Shown here one piece after another: positions 1-9,433 of a stretch of 64,000 nt of DNA. Made by a program: the position numbers and the translations under genes. How positions within the stretch are numbered: position 1 is the stretch's first letter; the number at the start of each line of letters is the position of its first letter. A model generated the notes under the pieces. The model was not told where the DNA came from, ran no database searches, and saw only the letters and a list, made by a program, of their open reading frames with translations. Origin of the DNA: an uncultured Silvanigrella sp. (GTDB taxonomy: Bacteria > Bdellovibrionota_B > Oligoflexia > Silvanigrellales > Silvanigrellaceae); the NCBI GenBank assembly GCA_903933385.1, contig CAIZJW010000129.1, positions 22,207 to 86,206 on the forward strand, given 5' to 3'.

Positions 1-221
1 TTAATCTACCATTTTCTCCGCTTCTGGCTTTCTTAATCGCGTTGATTGTGGGTGCATCAGGACAAGTGGGCGACCTTGCCGAAAGTGCACTCAAACGAAC
101 AGCAAACGTCAAAGACAGCGGAAGTCTTCTCCCAGGTCACGGTGGAATGCTCGATCGAATTGATTCGCTGCTTTTTGGTGTACCGCTTGCTCATCTTTTG
201 TTTTTATCCCTTTATCGCTGA
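1..221 (+). CDS. cdsA: Phosphatidate cytidylyltransferase, C-terminal fragment (5' end lies outside the window)
   Basis: Frame 3 is open from the window edge to TGA at 219-221. It reads ...[45 protein letters not shown]..., the CdsA signature (GDLxES..KR..KDSG..PGHGG.LDR.DS). It is absent from the ORF track because there is no start codon in the window. Confidence 0.85.
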   Translation, partial: NLPFSPLLAFLIALIVGASGQVGDLAESALKRTANVKDSGSLLPGHGGMLDRIDSLLFGVPLAHLLFLSLYR

Positions 222-234
222 GAGATTTTTCTTT

Positions 235-1101
235 TTAGGGAATAAAAATAACTGACCTAATATCATTGTAATTTTGCCGAAGCCTTTCAATAAAAAAGGC
301 CGTGTGGATTTTTCCACTTTCCAGAGTGTCGCAACCAAGACAACGCGCAAGCGGCACTGGACTCTGTAGACAAGCTCCATCAGACCTTTCGCAAGGCACA
401 ACATCGGGGAGAGTTGCAGCGGCAACTGCTTTAACGCTCGCTTCCTCATAACTAGACCAACTCCCTTTGTAGACGAGCAGCGAAAGTAAGGGAGTGGGAG
501 AGAAAATAACTTGACCCTTATCAATTTTAATAGACACATTTCTGTCCAATAGATTTTCAAAACGACCATTCAATCCGCAATCACTTGCCCAGTCCATCAA
601 AAGACTTCTGTTCGCGGTGGAGCTTTGATTCTGAGAATTCAGTGTTACGGCATCATCCGCCCTCTGATTCAGACAAACAAGAAAACTCTTCGCTTCGCAC
701 GATATAAGTTGCTGCTGGAAGCGAGAATCCATTGAACATTCAGCAAATCTCCAATGTTCGTTCATCAGACCACTGGGCACCCAATGAAGCTGCTTGGAAT
801 AATTTTTTTCTGAGCCAATAAAAAATCTTCCCGTGAAACCTCGATTGCTGAAGCCGTCGCCGACCGCACTCTTGACGGGATCACGAAATGAGAAACGCTG
901 AGCGAGTGCAGTTGCAATCTGATTTCGCAATTCTTGGGCTGATTTCTGCTCTGAATCAACGAGTGCAATTGACTCATCAAAGTTCAAAAAAAAATGCCAA
1001 GTAGATTTTATCTCATTTCCCTGCAAATCAATTGTCGCTGGACGGCATGCAGAAACAATAATTAGCGAAACAAAAACTAAAAATTTCAAAAGAAAACCCA
1101 T
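235..1101 (-). CDS. Putative secreted Cys-rich lipoprotein, function unknown (possible C-type-lectin-like segment)
   Basis: 288-aa ORF with ATG at 1101. The N-terminus MGFLLKFLVFVSLIIVSAC is a signal peptide plus lipobox. The segment FFIGS..HWVPSG..C..FLVC loosely resembles a C-type lectin fold. No family recognised with certainty. Confidence 0.55.
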   Translation of the reverse strand: MGFLLKFLVFVSLIIVSACRPATIDLQGNEIKSTWHFFLNFDESIALVDSEQKSAQELRNQIATALAQRFSFRDPVKSAVGDGFSNRGFTGRFFIGSEKNYSKQLHWVPSGLMNEHWRFAECSMDSRFQQQLISCEAKSFLVCLNQRADDAVTLNSQNQSSTANRSLLMDWASDCGLNGRFENLLDRNVSIKIDKGQVIFSPTPLLSLLVYKGSWSSYEEASVKAVAAATLPDVVPCERSDGACLQSPVPLARCLGCDTLESGKIHTAFFIERLRQNYNDIRSVIFIP

Positions 1102-1115
1102 AGCAGTTCAGGCTC

Positions 1116-1679
1116 TCAATATTGAAAATGGTAGTGCAGCGACAACTGAGTTGTCGCTGCACTGTAGTTTATTTTACTTGAGGGTAAGAAAACCCCGCCA
1201 AAACCCGTTTCAAAAGATGTTGAAATCTCACGCAGCAAAGAAACTTCCACTCCCAACCCAATTGCAGTCAGCAGGGATGTTTCGCTCTTAGTCGCATCCG
1301 ATTCTTTCACGCTTTGAACACCTGCTTGAAAAAATACATAAGGAAATGCCCGAGCCACTGGAGTGAACATCATGTGTTGCCATTTCGCCATAAGACCAGC
1401 AGATTCGGATTTCTCTTCCTTGTTAGCTGAAAGCTGCAATCCAACAGCGATAAATTCACCCTCACTCAACTCATTACGCACGCCAAAAGCGGGAGTTCCC
1501 CAAATGGAGCCACCATTGGGAAATCCTGCAGATATGGACCACGGACCTAATTGAGAATAACGGCTCGGGAGATTTGCAGAATCAGTTGCAGAGGGGGCTG
1601 CTTCCGCCTTGAACTGCAATGATTCAGCTAGAAAAAGACAAGGCAGACTCAACAACACGCTGCGACACAACTGATTCAC
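1116..1679 (-). CDS. Small outer-membrane beta-barrel-like protein
   Basis: 187-aa ORF with a GTG start. Signal peptide MNQLCRSVLLSLPCLFLAES..AEA. Alternating hydrophobic beta-strand pattern with Gly/aromatic-rich turns, and an aromatic C-terminal end (..LSLHYHFQY). The 5' end overlaps the upstream gene's 3' end by 56 nt. Confidence 0.55.
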   Translation of the reverse strand: MNQLCRSVLLSLPCLFLAESLQFKAEAAPSATDSANLPSRYSQLGPWSISAGFPNGGSIWGTPAFGVRNELSEGEFIAVGLQLSANKEEKSESAGLMAKWQHMMFTPVARAFPYVFFQAGVQSVKESDATKSETSLLTAIGLGVEVSLLREISTSFETGFGGVFLPSSKINYSAATTQLSLHYHFQY

Positions 1680-3045
1680 TTGCTACCTCATGAAGGGCAA
1701 GACTCTTATATGCATCGCAGAAGCGGAGAACCAGCTCGAGACTTTGAGCATAATTTAAACGCGGATCGCAGTACGACTGATAGTTAAGCGCGAGCTGGTT
1801 TTCCTTGACACCACTTTCTCCACCCACACACTCTGTCACGTCGTCAGCAGTCATCTCGAGATGTAATCCGCCCATCCATGAACCCAAATCATGGTGGACC
1901 TTCTGAGACACAAGAACCTCAGACATGATGCTATCAAAATATCTGGTTTTGAGACCGTCAGACATTCGGACAATATTTCCATGCATGGGATCACATGACC
2001 AGGTCACGTTCAAATCAGCATCCCTCACTGCATTCACGAGTGGCGGCAAAACATCTGCAACTTTTCCAGACCCAAGGCGCGTTATAAGCGTGACTCGTCC
2101 CCACTCATTGGTTGGATTCAGGGCCTGAATTAACGAGATAACTTCTCTTGGAGAGGTTGATGGCCCAATCTTCACGCCTAAAGGGTTGGCGATACCCCGC
2201 AAATATTCGACGTGAGCGCCATCGAGATGCTTCGTTCTCTCGCCCAGCCACAAAAAATGAGTCCCGAGGTTGAAGTAAGATTTATTTTCTTCGCTCCAAC
2301 GTGTCAGCGCAGACTCAAAAGGAAGAAGGAGTGCTTCGTGCGAAGTATAAACCGGATTCCGACTGAGAAATCCTGGCAAAGCGCCATCACTTCCCCAAGA
2401 AGATAGGAGCGCAACAGACTCTTCCATCCGAGATTTGATTTCATCAAAAACAGAAGAACTCCCATGCTCGCTGCTCAAAACCCATCGACGCAAGCGGGAA
2501 AGATCGGTGAGGCCACTCTCACCCAGTGCCCTCATCCAATTGAGGGTTGCGCAAGCACATTGGTAGGCGTCGAGCATTCGGTGCGGGTCGGGCCGTCGAG
2601 CCGCAGGAGAAAACTCAAATCCATTAATGATGTCTCCTCGATAACTCGGAAGCGCCTGCGAATCGCGTGTTTCGATATCATCGGAGCGTGGCTTACCAAA
2701 TTGTCCAGCAATACGCCCGATGGAAACGACGGGTTTGCGGAGTCCGTGAGTTGCCAACAAACTCAGCTGAAGAAGAATTTTCAATTTATCAGTGATGACT
2801 TCTGACTGGCAGTCAATGAACCTTTCGGCACATTCACCTGCCTGAACGATAAAGCGTCGTCCCTGACCAGCTTCTCCGATGAGATGTTTGAGTTTTAGGA
2901 TTTCAGACGGATGCACTAATGCAGGCCGCTGCTCAAGCTGCGCAACGACTCGTTCAAGTTCAAGTGGATTGGGGTACTGCGGCAACTGTTGCGCAACGCA
3001 ATTTTGCCAAGAGCGAGGACTCCATTTCGGTTGTATTCTAACCAC
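1624..3045 (-). CDS. 3-deoxy-7-phosphoheptulonate (DAHP) synthase, class II
   Basis: 473 aa. N-terminal KWSPRSWQ..QQLPQYPN..LE.V...L...PALVHPSEI..LK..IGEAGQGRRFIVQAGECAERF matches the class II (plant/actinobacterial type) DAHPS signature (..LLQGGDCAE.F). GTG start, so the start position is uncertain by a few codons. Confidence 0.85.
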   Translation of the reverse strand: MVRIQPKWSPRSWQNCVAQQLPQYPNPLELERVVAQLEQRPALVHPSEILKLKHLIGEAGQGRRFIVQAGECAERFIDCQSEVITDKLKILLQLSLLATHGLRKPVVSIGRIAGQFGKPRSDDIETRDSQALPSYRGDIINGFEFSPAARRPDPHRMLDAYQCACATLNWMRALGESGLTDLSRLRRWVLSSEHGSSSVFDEIKSRMEESVALLSSWGSDGALPGFLSRNPVYTSHEALLLPFESALTRWSEENKSYFNLGTHFLWLGERTKHLDGAHVEYLRGIANPLGVKIGPSTSPREVISLIQALNPTNEWGRVTLITRLGSGKVADVLPPLVNAVRDADLNVTWSCDPMHGNIVRMSDGLKTRYFDSIMSEVLVSQKVHHDLGSWMGGLHLEMTADDVTECVGGESGVKENQLALNYQSYCDPRLNYAQSLELVLRFCDAYKSLALHEVASESVVSQRVVESALSFSS

Positions 3046-3121
3046 TCAAAACCCCAACACTTTAATGCGCAAGCTCGAAACGAAGAGCCAAAGACGCACA
3101 ACAGCTGGCACGCTATCCGGG

Positions 3122-4222
3122 TCAACCGACCTTTGCAACAGTTCTTCGTGCGATTTCCGCCATGATAAGTGCGGGTATCCTGCCAAGAGGACTGACTATT
3201 TGAACCGCTCCAAGATCGATGGCCTCGCGAGGCATCCCGAAAACAACGCTTGTTTCCTCATCTTGAGCAATATTGTAACTCCCTGTCTGTCGCATTTTTA
3301 GCAGCCCATCTGCTCCGTCACGTCCCATGCCGGTCAAAATAACTCCAATTGCTCCAGGGCCGACGATGCGCGCAACAGACTCGAAGAGAGGATCAGCCGC
3401 AGGCCGTACGCCATGCAGAGCAGGCTCCTGATTGGTCCGAACCAGATAGCGTCCCGCAACCTTGCTCAAATACATATGAAAATTACCAGGGGCCAAAAGC
3501 GCAACACCCGCACTGAGTGGTTCACCGTCGACAGCCTCTCTGACAGGAAAGGCACACACCTGAGTCAAACTCTCTGCAAAATTCTTTGTGAAGAATGCAG
3601 GCATGTGCTGGACTATCAATGTTGGCGGTATATTTGCGGGCAATTGTGTGAGTAGGCTCCTCAGCGCCTCGGGTCCTCCGGTTGAGGCTGCGATGCAAAG
3701 AACAGTTCCATGCCCCCCCCCACTCGCTGGCCGAAACACATTTTCTTGTCCGGGACGAACATTTGCACTGACAACTTTAGATTGATTTCGGCTGACTATT
3801 TTTGCGGATGCGGCGGCACGAATTCGGTTCGACAACTCATCTGAGAGCAATCCCAAACCTCGGCTTACATCCAGATTTGACTTTGAGATGACGTCAACAG
3901 CGCCCATGGAGAGTGCTTTTTGGCTCAATTGCGAACCTTTTGGCGTAAGGCTGCTAATGATAATAGTTCGCGTTGGGAAATGCTGCATCACCTTTTCTAG
4001 AAAATTAAGTCCATCCATGCGGGGCATTTCGACATCAAGTGTCATGACATCGGGGTTGTGTCGCACCAAAAGCTCACGCGCTGCAAAAGCGTCTGAGGCA
4101 CTCCCAACAACTTCAATCAAGGGATCATGGGCGAGCAACTTTGTGATGAGAGTGCGAATCACAGGAGAGTCGTCTACTACAAGGACTTTAATTTTTTGAT
4201 GACTGCCAACCGTGCTTGTCAT
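3122..4222 (-). CDS. cheB: Chemotaxis response regulator protein-glutamate methylesterase CheB (REC + active esterase domain)
   Basis: REC domain (KVLVVDDSPVIR.., DVMTLDVEMPRMDG). The methylesterase catalytic triad motifs are intact: AASTGGPEAL (Ser), VQHMP (His), GMGRDG (Asp). The ATG overlaps the upstream stop (ATGA at 4219-4222). Confidence 0.9.
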   Translation of the reverse strand: MTSTVGSHQKIKVLVVDDSPVIRTLITKLLAHDPLIEVVGSASDAFAARELLVRHNPDVMTLDVEMPRMDGLNFLEKVMQHFPTRTIIISSLTPKGSQLSQKALSMGAVDVISKSNLDVSRGLGLLSDELSNRIRAAASAKIVSRNQSKVVSANVRPGQENVFRPASGGGHGTVLCIAASTGGPEALRSLLTQLPANIPPTLIVQHMPAFFTKNFAESLTQVCAFPVREAVDGEPLSAGVALLAPGNFHMYLSKVAGRYLVRTNQEPALHGVRPAADPLFESVARIVGPGAIGVILTGMGRDGADGLLKMRQTGSYNIAQDEETSVVFGMPREAIDLGAVQIVSPLGRIPALIMAEIARRTVAKVG

Positions 4223-5781
4223 ACTGCCGCCTTGCTTCTGAAGCGCATGAGAACAGTTGCCAACTCATCCGGATGGAGAACCTGATCTGCTGCACCAGCC
4301 GCAATTGCTGCCTGTGGGGCAAAGGCAAATACGCTCGATTCCGGATGTGCCACAATGGTCTGACATCCCTTTTCACGAAGCTGCAACAACCCCTGAACAC
4401 CATCGCTGCCAAGCCCACTCAATAAAATGCTCACTACCCCCTTAAGTTTGCCAGACGGAATAGCTTTAATTGCCGACTGAAAGAGGGCCTCTGCTGAAGG
4501 AATCTGCAAACAAATTGGAGCTCCCTCTTGCAATCTCATGACCGATTTTCCGGCTATATTTTCTAGGGTGAGATGTCTTTGTGGGGGAGCAAAATAAACC
4601 GTGCCAGCCAATGGAACAAGTCCATCAACAGCTACCTTCAACTGCAGACGGGTCAGCTTTTTCCACTTCTCAAGGTAAACATTCAGCAGCGATGAAATTG
4701 AACTCACAGAAACAATTACAGGTGGAGTGTCACTGGGAAGTGACTGAAGAAAGGCTTCAAGCTCATGGTGTGCACCACCATTGCCGCCAACCAAAACCAA
4801 ATTAATTCCCTCGGCGAACTCTCCAGAAGTTTGAATCGTTTTGCGCACCTCAACACGCGGTCGTCGAGGCGCCATTTTGACTCGCTCCAAAGAACTAGCT
4901 GCTGCGAGAACTTTCTGCACCAAACCTTCAGCAAAAAAACGCAATGAATTAGGATCGAATTGATCTGGCTTCTGGACAAACTCGAGAGCACCTAACTCAA
5001 GAGCTCGCAAAGCTGCATCGTCTTCTGGGTTTAAAGAAGAAACCATAATTGTCGGCAGGGGGAAATGTTGCATCAACTTTTCAAGAAATTTCACCCCCGA
5101 CATGCCAGGCATTTCAATATCCAGAAGCACTACGTCGGGTTTCTTCTCAACTATGACTTCCCGAGCTTCAAAAGCATCGCGTGCTACAGCAACAACCTCA
5201 ACCCGACCAGATTGATTGAGCACTCTGCTGAAAATGGAGCGCACAGCAGCGGAATCGTCGACAACCACAACTCGTGCAATGCGGCTAATAAGACTCACAT
5301 GACCGCCTGAGGTATCGATACGATTGCTGTTGTTCATCAGCTGATGCTTGACCGAAAAGTCGAAAGTGTTAAGGACGATTTTGCGCCCCACAGTTCCACC
5401 AAGGTCGTTCGCCAGAATTGGGATTTTTCTTTCTTTGAGCCAGTTCAATGCAAAATCGATGTTATGCTTGCCAATACTTTCACCGAGTCCGACGTTGTCG
5501 AGAACACGCGCCCCGCCATAAACTTTTGCTTGAATTCGTTCAAAACAAGCACCAACCTCAAGCATGTTTTCAAGCATTTGGGGAAGTGACACACTTGCAT
5601 AACGTAAGCTTCCAGCCATACTGCTGTCGCCTGGCCGTGGCAGCAGATAGTGATTCAAGGCGGCAATTCTTTTTGTTGGCTCGTACAGAGCCACTGCGAC
5701 ACAGGAACCCAATATTGTTGTCACAAGGGTGGGTTCGCGTGTCACGATAAATTGCCCTGGAAACAGATATTGGTTGTTCAT
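4219..5781 (-). CDS. Fusion protein: CheD chemoreceptor glutamine deamidase + REC receiver + degenerate CheB-like methylesterase domain
   Basis: aa 1-150 carry CheD motifs (TILGSCVAVALYEP, LNHYLLP). aa 168-290 form a REC domain (VVVVDDSAAVR, VVLLDIEMPGMSG, IMVSSL, FVQKP). aa 325-510 have a CheB-like fold, but GASTGG is replaced by GGNGGA, QHMP by VSVSS, and only GLGSDG is retained. Confidence 0.8.
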   Translation of the reverse strand: MNNQYLFPGQFIVTREPTLVTTILGSCVAVALYEPTKRIAALNHYLLPRPGDSSMAGSLRYASVSLPQMLENMLEVGACFERIQAKVYGGARVLDNVGLGESIGKHNIDFALNWLKERKIPILANDLGGTVGRKIVLNTFDFSVKHQLMNNSNRIDTSGGHVSLISRIARVVVVDDSAAVRSIFSRVLNQSGRVEVVAVARDAFEAREVIVEKKPDVVLLDIEMPGMSGVKFLEKLMQHFPLPTIMVSSLNPEDDAALRALELGALEFVQKPDQFDPNSLRFFAEGLVQKVLAAASSLERVKMAPRRPRVEVRKTIQTSGEFAEGINLVLVGGNGGAHHELEAFLQSLPSDTPPVIVSVSSISSLLNVYLEKWKKLTRLQLKVAVDGLVPLAGTVYFAPPQRHLTLENIAGKSVMRLQEGAPICLQIPSAEALFQSAIKAIPSGKLKGVVSILLSGLGSDGVQGLLQLREKGCQTIVAHPESSVFAFAPQAAIAAGAADQVLHPDELATVLMRFRSKAAV

Positions 5782-6252
5782 TCAAGCCACGCGCTTAATG
5801 TCCATCATCAAGATGGATTCTTGTTCAACAACACAGAGATGAGTGACAAGCAATTGTGCATCATTGAGTGCATGCAAATCGTTCGTCGGAAAATCCTGAA
5901 CATAAAGCATTTTTTCGACCCACAAACCGAATCGACGCCTTCCATCAAAAACAACGATAATACAACCTTGTCCCGACTCTGCTTCGCCCGCACTTCCTTT
6001 GCCGAGCAAACTCGCCAAATGATAGATTGTAAAAACAACCCCACGCAGATTGACGACTCCAAGGATATTTGGGCGATTCACAGGAAGAGGATTCCAGCGC
6101 CGAGATTCAAGAACCTCGACAACTTGACTCATTTGAATGCCAAACTTCTGTTCCCCAACCTGAACAAGCAAATAGCTCGAACGGGGACCTTTAATTCTCC
6201 GTTCCTCGAGTGCTTCCTGGAGGCCATTGATGATGTCTTCATTAAGCTGCAT
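5782..6252 (-). CDS. cheW: Chemotaxis coupling protein CheW
   Basis: CheW-domain signature ..KFGIQMSQVVEVLE...PLPVNRPNILGVVNLRGVVFTIYHLASLLG. I chose the start at ATG 6252, which is preceded by GGTGGGGG. The track's TTG at 6288 has no RBS. The stop abuts the next gene's ATG. Confidence 0.85.
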   Translation of the reverse strand: MQLNEDIINGLQEALEERRIKGPRSSYLLVQVGEQKFGIQMSQVVEVLESRRWNPLPVNRPNILGVVNLRGVVFTIYHLASLLGKGSAGEAESGQGCIIVVFDGRRRFGLWVEKMLYVQDFPTNDLHALNDAQLLVTHLCVVEQESILMMDIKRVA

Positions 6253-8428
6253 AAGCCGCCCCCACCAATGATTCTGCATCGAGAACAAATGCTACATGTT
6301 CAGAATCGAGTAAACTTGTCCCCTTGAAACCAAGGAGCCTTTCGACAACATTATCGAATGGACGAACGACTGCCTCAAGTTGATCGACAACTTTGTCAAC
6401 CACAAGTGCGAGTGAATGCCCTTTGTGAGTCACAATCAGCACAAGAGATTCCGGCGAGAAATCTATCTTTTCTTTGGTGCTACCCCTCAGGGGGATTTCG
6501 ATGAATGAACGGTAATCTCCGAGGGGAATTGTCATTCCATCGTGCTGGCAAGTCATCCGTCCGTCTACCTTGGACAAAATTAAGTCCTTGATAGGAGTGA
6601 TTTTTGAAATGCTCACAAGTGGCACAACGATCTGGTGTCCTCCACTCTCAGCGAGAAGGGTATTTTCAACGAGAACCGTCTTGGGCACGGGAATAACAAT
6701 CTTCAATCGGGTGCCCATTCCCAAAGTGGACTCGATGACACAGGTGCCTCCCAATTTGGAGACCTCTGTTCTTACAACATCCATGCCAACTCCACGCCCA
6801 GAAACATTCGTGACTTTTTCGGCCGTAGAAAAGCCGGGCAGGAAAATGAGCTCAATAGCCTCTTGGGCCGGCATCGCAAAAGCCATATCTTTTGTGATGA
6901 GACCCTTCTCAAGAGCTTTTCTCTTAATAAGATCTGGATCCATTCCAGAACCGTCGTCATCGATTGTGATGTGAACCTGTTCTCCTACCTGGCTCGAATG
7001 AATACGAATTACACCACTTTCAGGTTTATTTTTGGCAATTCTGATTTCTGGTGATTCGATCCCATGATCGACAGAGTTGCGAACAGCGTGCACAAGAGAA
7101 CTCGAAAGTGCCTTGGCAATGCTCTTGTCGACACCAAGTTCAGAGCCAGTCATTTCGAGGCGAACCTGCTTATGAAGATCCTGTGACGCCTGTCGAACAA
7201 TTCTTGGAAATTTCTGAAAGGCGACTTTAAGTTGAACCTTTCGAATCTCCATAATCTGACCCTGAATTTGCTCCGATATTTTATCAAGCGACTGGTTCAT
7301 CTCTTCAAGCCTTTGTTTCTGCTCGGAGGGTAAATCACATTTCAACACTTGCTTGATAGTTGCATGGTATGCATTTTTTAAAACAACCAATTCACCAGAC
7401 AATTCCATGAAAGAATTGAGTTTATCGATTGTAACAAGCAAGCCGTCCTCTTCGTCTTCAGAAGAAGCAGGATCACTTTTCAGTGGCTGTACCAAATTGC
7501 CAAGCTGCATTTCCGGTGAAGTGATTTTTGCATCAGCGATGGATGTAGGGTCGTTGACCCAAATAATACCATCGTCGTTTTTTTCGTCTTGAGGTTTGAT
7601 TGCTGCTGAACTCTGCGTCTCTGGAGTTGCCGGAAAATCGACCTGCCCCTCCGTCCATCGATTGAGAGCCTCAACGAATGGCTGAAGATTAACCGCCCTA
7701 TCTCGACTCGCTTCAAAATCAGAAACAAGACTCTTAATGACATCTGCGCCCTGTAAAAGCACATGGGTCAGCGCCTGGGAGGGTTTGAGGCGACCTTTTT
7801 TAATTGCCTGAAGAAGATTCTCATATGCGTGTGTCACCGTTGAAATCTTTTCCGCCCCCTGAAAAGCTCCTGCTGAACCTTTGAGCGTGTGAGCCTTTCT
7901 AAAGAGAACATCAACCACTTCGGGCTGGAGTGGAACTTCTTCTAATTTGAAAATAAACGAATCAAGGTCACGCAAAATGTCTGCGGCCTCATCGCAAAAT
8001 ATCTTGCGAACCACCAACATTTCTTCATTTTCTCTGCTAACTTCTGCTTTTCTCTCAGAAACAAAAATTTCTGCTTTTTCTCGAAGTCGAACGAGGTCCT
8101 GAGGCTTTTCGAGCAAATCGTCAATTCCTACCCGAAACCCATCGAGAACAGTTTGCTTGTCAGCGTACCCGGTCAAAACGACGAACTTAATTCTTGGTGA
8201 TTCCTGTTTCAGACGTCGACAAAATTCAATGCCATTCATTCCTGGCATACGATAATCACTAATCACTGCAAAACATGCATTTTCCCGAGAAAAAGCCAGT
8301 GCATCCTCTGCATTTCCGAGCGAATGAATAACGCAGTCCAATCCTTGCAGGCTCTCCACAATTGCTTCGCGCAAATCGGAATCGTCTTCGACAACGAGCA
8401 AAATTTCTTCGAGCTTCATGGTCGTCAT
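6242..8428 (-). CDS. cheA: Hybrid chemotaxis histidine kinase CheA with an N-terminal REC domain (REC-Hpt-dimerisation-HATPase-CheW-like)
   Basis: REC (LLVVEDDSD, VISDYRMPGMNG, VVLTGY, LLEKP). Hpt (AHTLKGSAGAF). Kinase N, G1 and G2 boxes (HAVRNSVDHGIE, DDGSGMD, GRGVGMDVV). C-terminal CheW-like domain. The ATG overlaps the cheR stop (ATGA). Confidence 0.9.
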   Translation of the reverse strand: MTTMKLEEILLVVEDDSDLREAIVESLQGLDCVIHSLGNAEDALAFSRENACFAVISDYRMPGMNGIEFCRRLKQESPRIKFVVLTGYADKQTVLDGFRVGIDDLLEKPQDLVRLREKAEIFVSERKAEVSRENEEMLVVRKIFCDEAADILRDLDSFIFKLEEVPLQPEVVDVLFRKAHTLKGSAGAFQGAEKISTVTHAYENLLQAIKKGRLKPSQALTHVLLQGADVIKSLVSDFEASRDRAVNLQPFVEALNRWTEGQVDFPATPETQSSAAIKPQDEKNDDGIIWVNDPTSIADAKITSPEMQLGNLVQPLKSDPASSEDEEDGLLVTIDKLNSFMELSGELVVLKNAYHATIKQVLKCDLPSEQKQRLEEMNQSLDKISEQIQGQIMEIRKVQLKVAFQKFPRIVRQASQDLHKQVRLEMTGSELGVDKSIAKALSSSLVHAVRNSVDHGIESPEIRIAKNKPESGVIRIHSSQVGEQVHITIDDDGSGMDPDLIKRKALEKGLITKDMAFAMPAQEAIELIFLPGFSTAEKVTNVSGRGVGMDVVRTEVSKLGGTCVIESTLGMGTRLKIVIPVPKTVLVENTLLAESGGHQIVVPLVSISKITPIKDLILSKVDGRMTCQHDGMTIPLGDYRSFIEIPLRGSTKEKIDFSPESLVLIVTHKGHSLALVVDKVVDQLEAVVRPFDNVVERLLGFKGTSLLDSEHVAFVLDAESLVGAAYAA

Positions 8429-9384
8429 GCCGCTTCCCCTTTCCGATTTGTATTCAAGCGTTCATAAACAGCTGGTGCTCTCGACTTTAGCCCCGGAGTC
8501 ACGCCAATAATTGTTTCACTGTGTCCAAGAAACAAAAGTCCGCCCAACCTAAGGCAGCCTTCAAGCTTGCGGATCGTGGATTGGATTTCTGGGCGATCGA
8601 AATAGATCATCACATTTCTGCAAAATATGACGTCAAACTTAGACTGAAAAGCATAGGACGTGGACATGAGATTGAATGGTGCGAAGGTGATAAGATCTCT
8701 CAATGATTTCCTGACTCTCACCAGGCCATCAGAATCGCCCACTCCTCTGTCGAAACAACTATTCTTAAGATTATCTGGCACAGATTCAATTGCTTCCTGC
8801 GGGTAAACCCCGCGCGCGGCTTTTTTTAGAACATCGGTGTCGATATCTGTCGCTAGTATTTTAAGATGCCATCCCTCATTCGCAGGAAAAATCGCACTCA
8901 AACTCATTGTGATTGAGTATGCTTCCTCACCAGTGCTGCAAGCTGCGCACCAAACTCTAATCTCGCGACTCTTCTTTTTATCTGGATGATTGACAACGTC
9001 GCGGATCGATTTTGCAAGAAAGTCGAAATGTTGTTTTTCGCGGAAAAAGTGAGTTGTGTTTGTCGTTATTGCATTTATAAAAAGATCTCGGACATCACGC
9101 CTGCCAGCAAGTAGAGCCGAGTGAAGTTCTGAATATGTAGAAAACCCAAGGGGATTCATAATCTTGCCGATTCGGCTGGCGAGAAGGGTCTGATTTTTTG
9201 CAGACAACGTCAGGTTAATGCCAGCTTCTCTCCGAAGGTATTCAGAGAGTTTTCTAAAGCCGGCAAGATCGCCTTCAAGTTGTTTAGGGCTTACATCACC
9301 CGAGTTCAAAGACACGCGAATCTCCTTTTCTCGCTCACGCGAGATGTATCGGCTGTTTACCGAAAAGAAGAGCGTCAGATTCAT
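8425..9384 (-). CDS. cheR: Chemotaxis protein methyltransferase CheR
   Basis: Motifs TNTTHFFRE, IRVWCAACSTGEEAYSI (SAM-binding) and FDVIFCRNVMIYFD. The longest ORF starts at GTG 9462. I prefer ATG 9384 (MNLTLF..), which leaves room for a divergent promoter. The start is uncertain. Confidence 0.85.
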   Translation of the reverse strand: MNLTLFFSVNSRYISREREKEIRVSLNSGDVSPKQLEGDLAGFRKLSEYLRREAGINLTLSAKNQTLLASRIGKIMNPLGFSTYSELHSALLAGRRDVRDLFINAITTNTTHFFREKQHFDFLAKSIRDVVNHPDKKKSREIRVWCAACSTGEEAYSITMSLSAIFPANEGWHLKILATDIDTDVLKKAARGVYPQEAIESVPDNLKNSCFDRGVGDSDGLVRVRKSLRDLITFAPFNLMSTSYAFQSKFDVIFCRNVMIYFDRPEIQSTIRKLEGCLRLGGLLFLGHSETIIGVTPGLKSRAPAVYERLNTNRKGEAA

Positions 9385-9407
9385 GACAGAGCGTCGGAAA
9401 CAAAACG

Positions 9408-9433
9408 GAAATTTTTCGCAAATCATCCGATAC
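9408..9433 (+). promoter_or_regulatory. Candidate sigma-28 (FliA)-type promoter for the divergent cheW
   Basis: GAAA-N15-CCGATAC on the + strand, 30 nt upstream of GTG 9463. This is a partial match to the TAAA-N15-GCCGATAA consensus. Weak, pattern-only call. Confidence 0.25.

Noticed and set aside
5650-6327. 225-aa plus-strand ORF across the cheW / cheD-fusion junction. The same judgement applies to similar antisense ORFs at 14914-15435, 16923-17363, 34647-35249, 49501-50094, 52965-53462, 56366-56896 and 58985-59620.
   Set aside because: All lie opposite genes with strong family signatures and have no domain signal of their own. They are typical long antisense ORFs.
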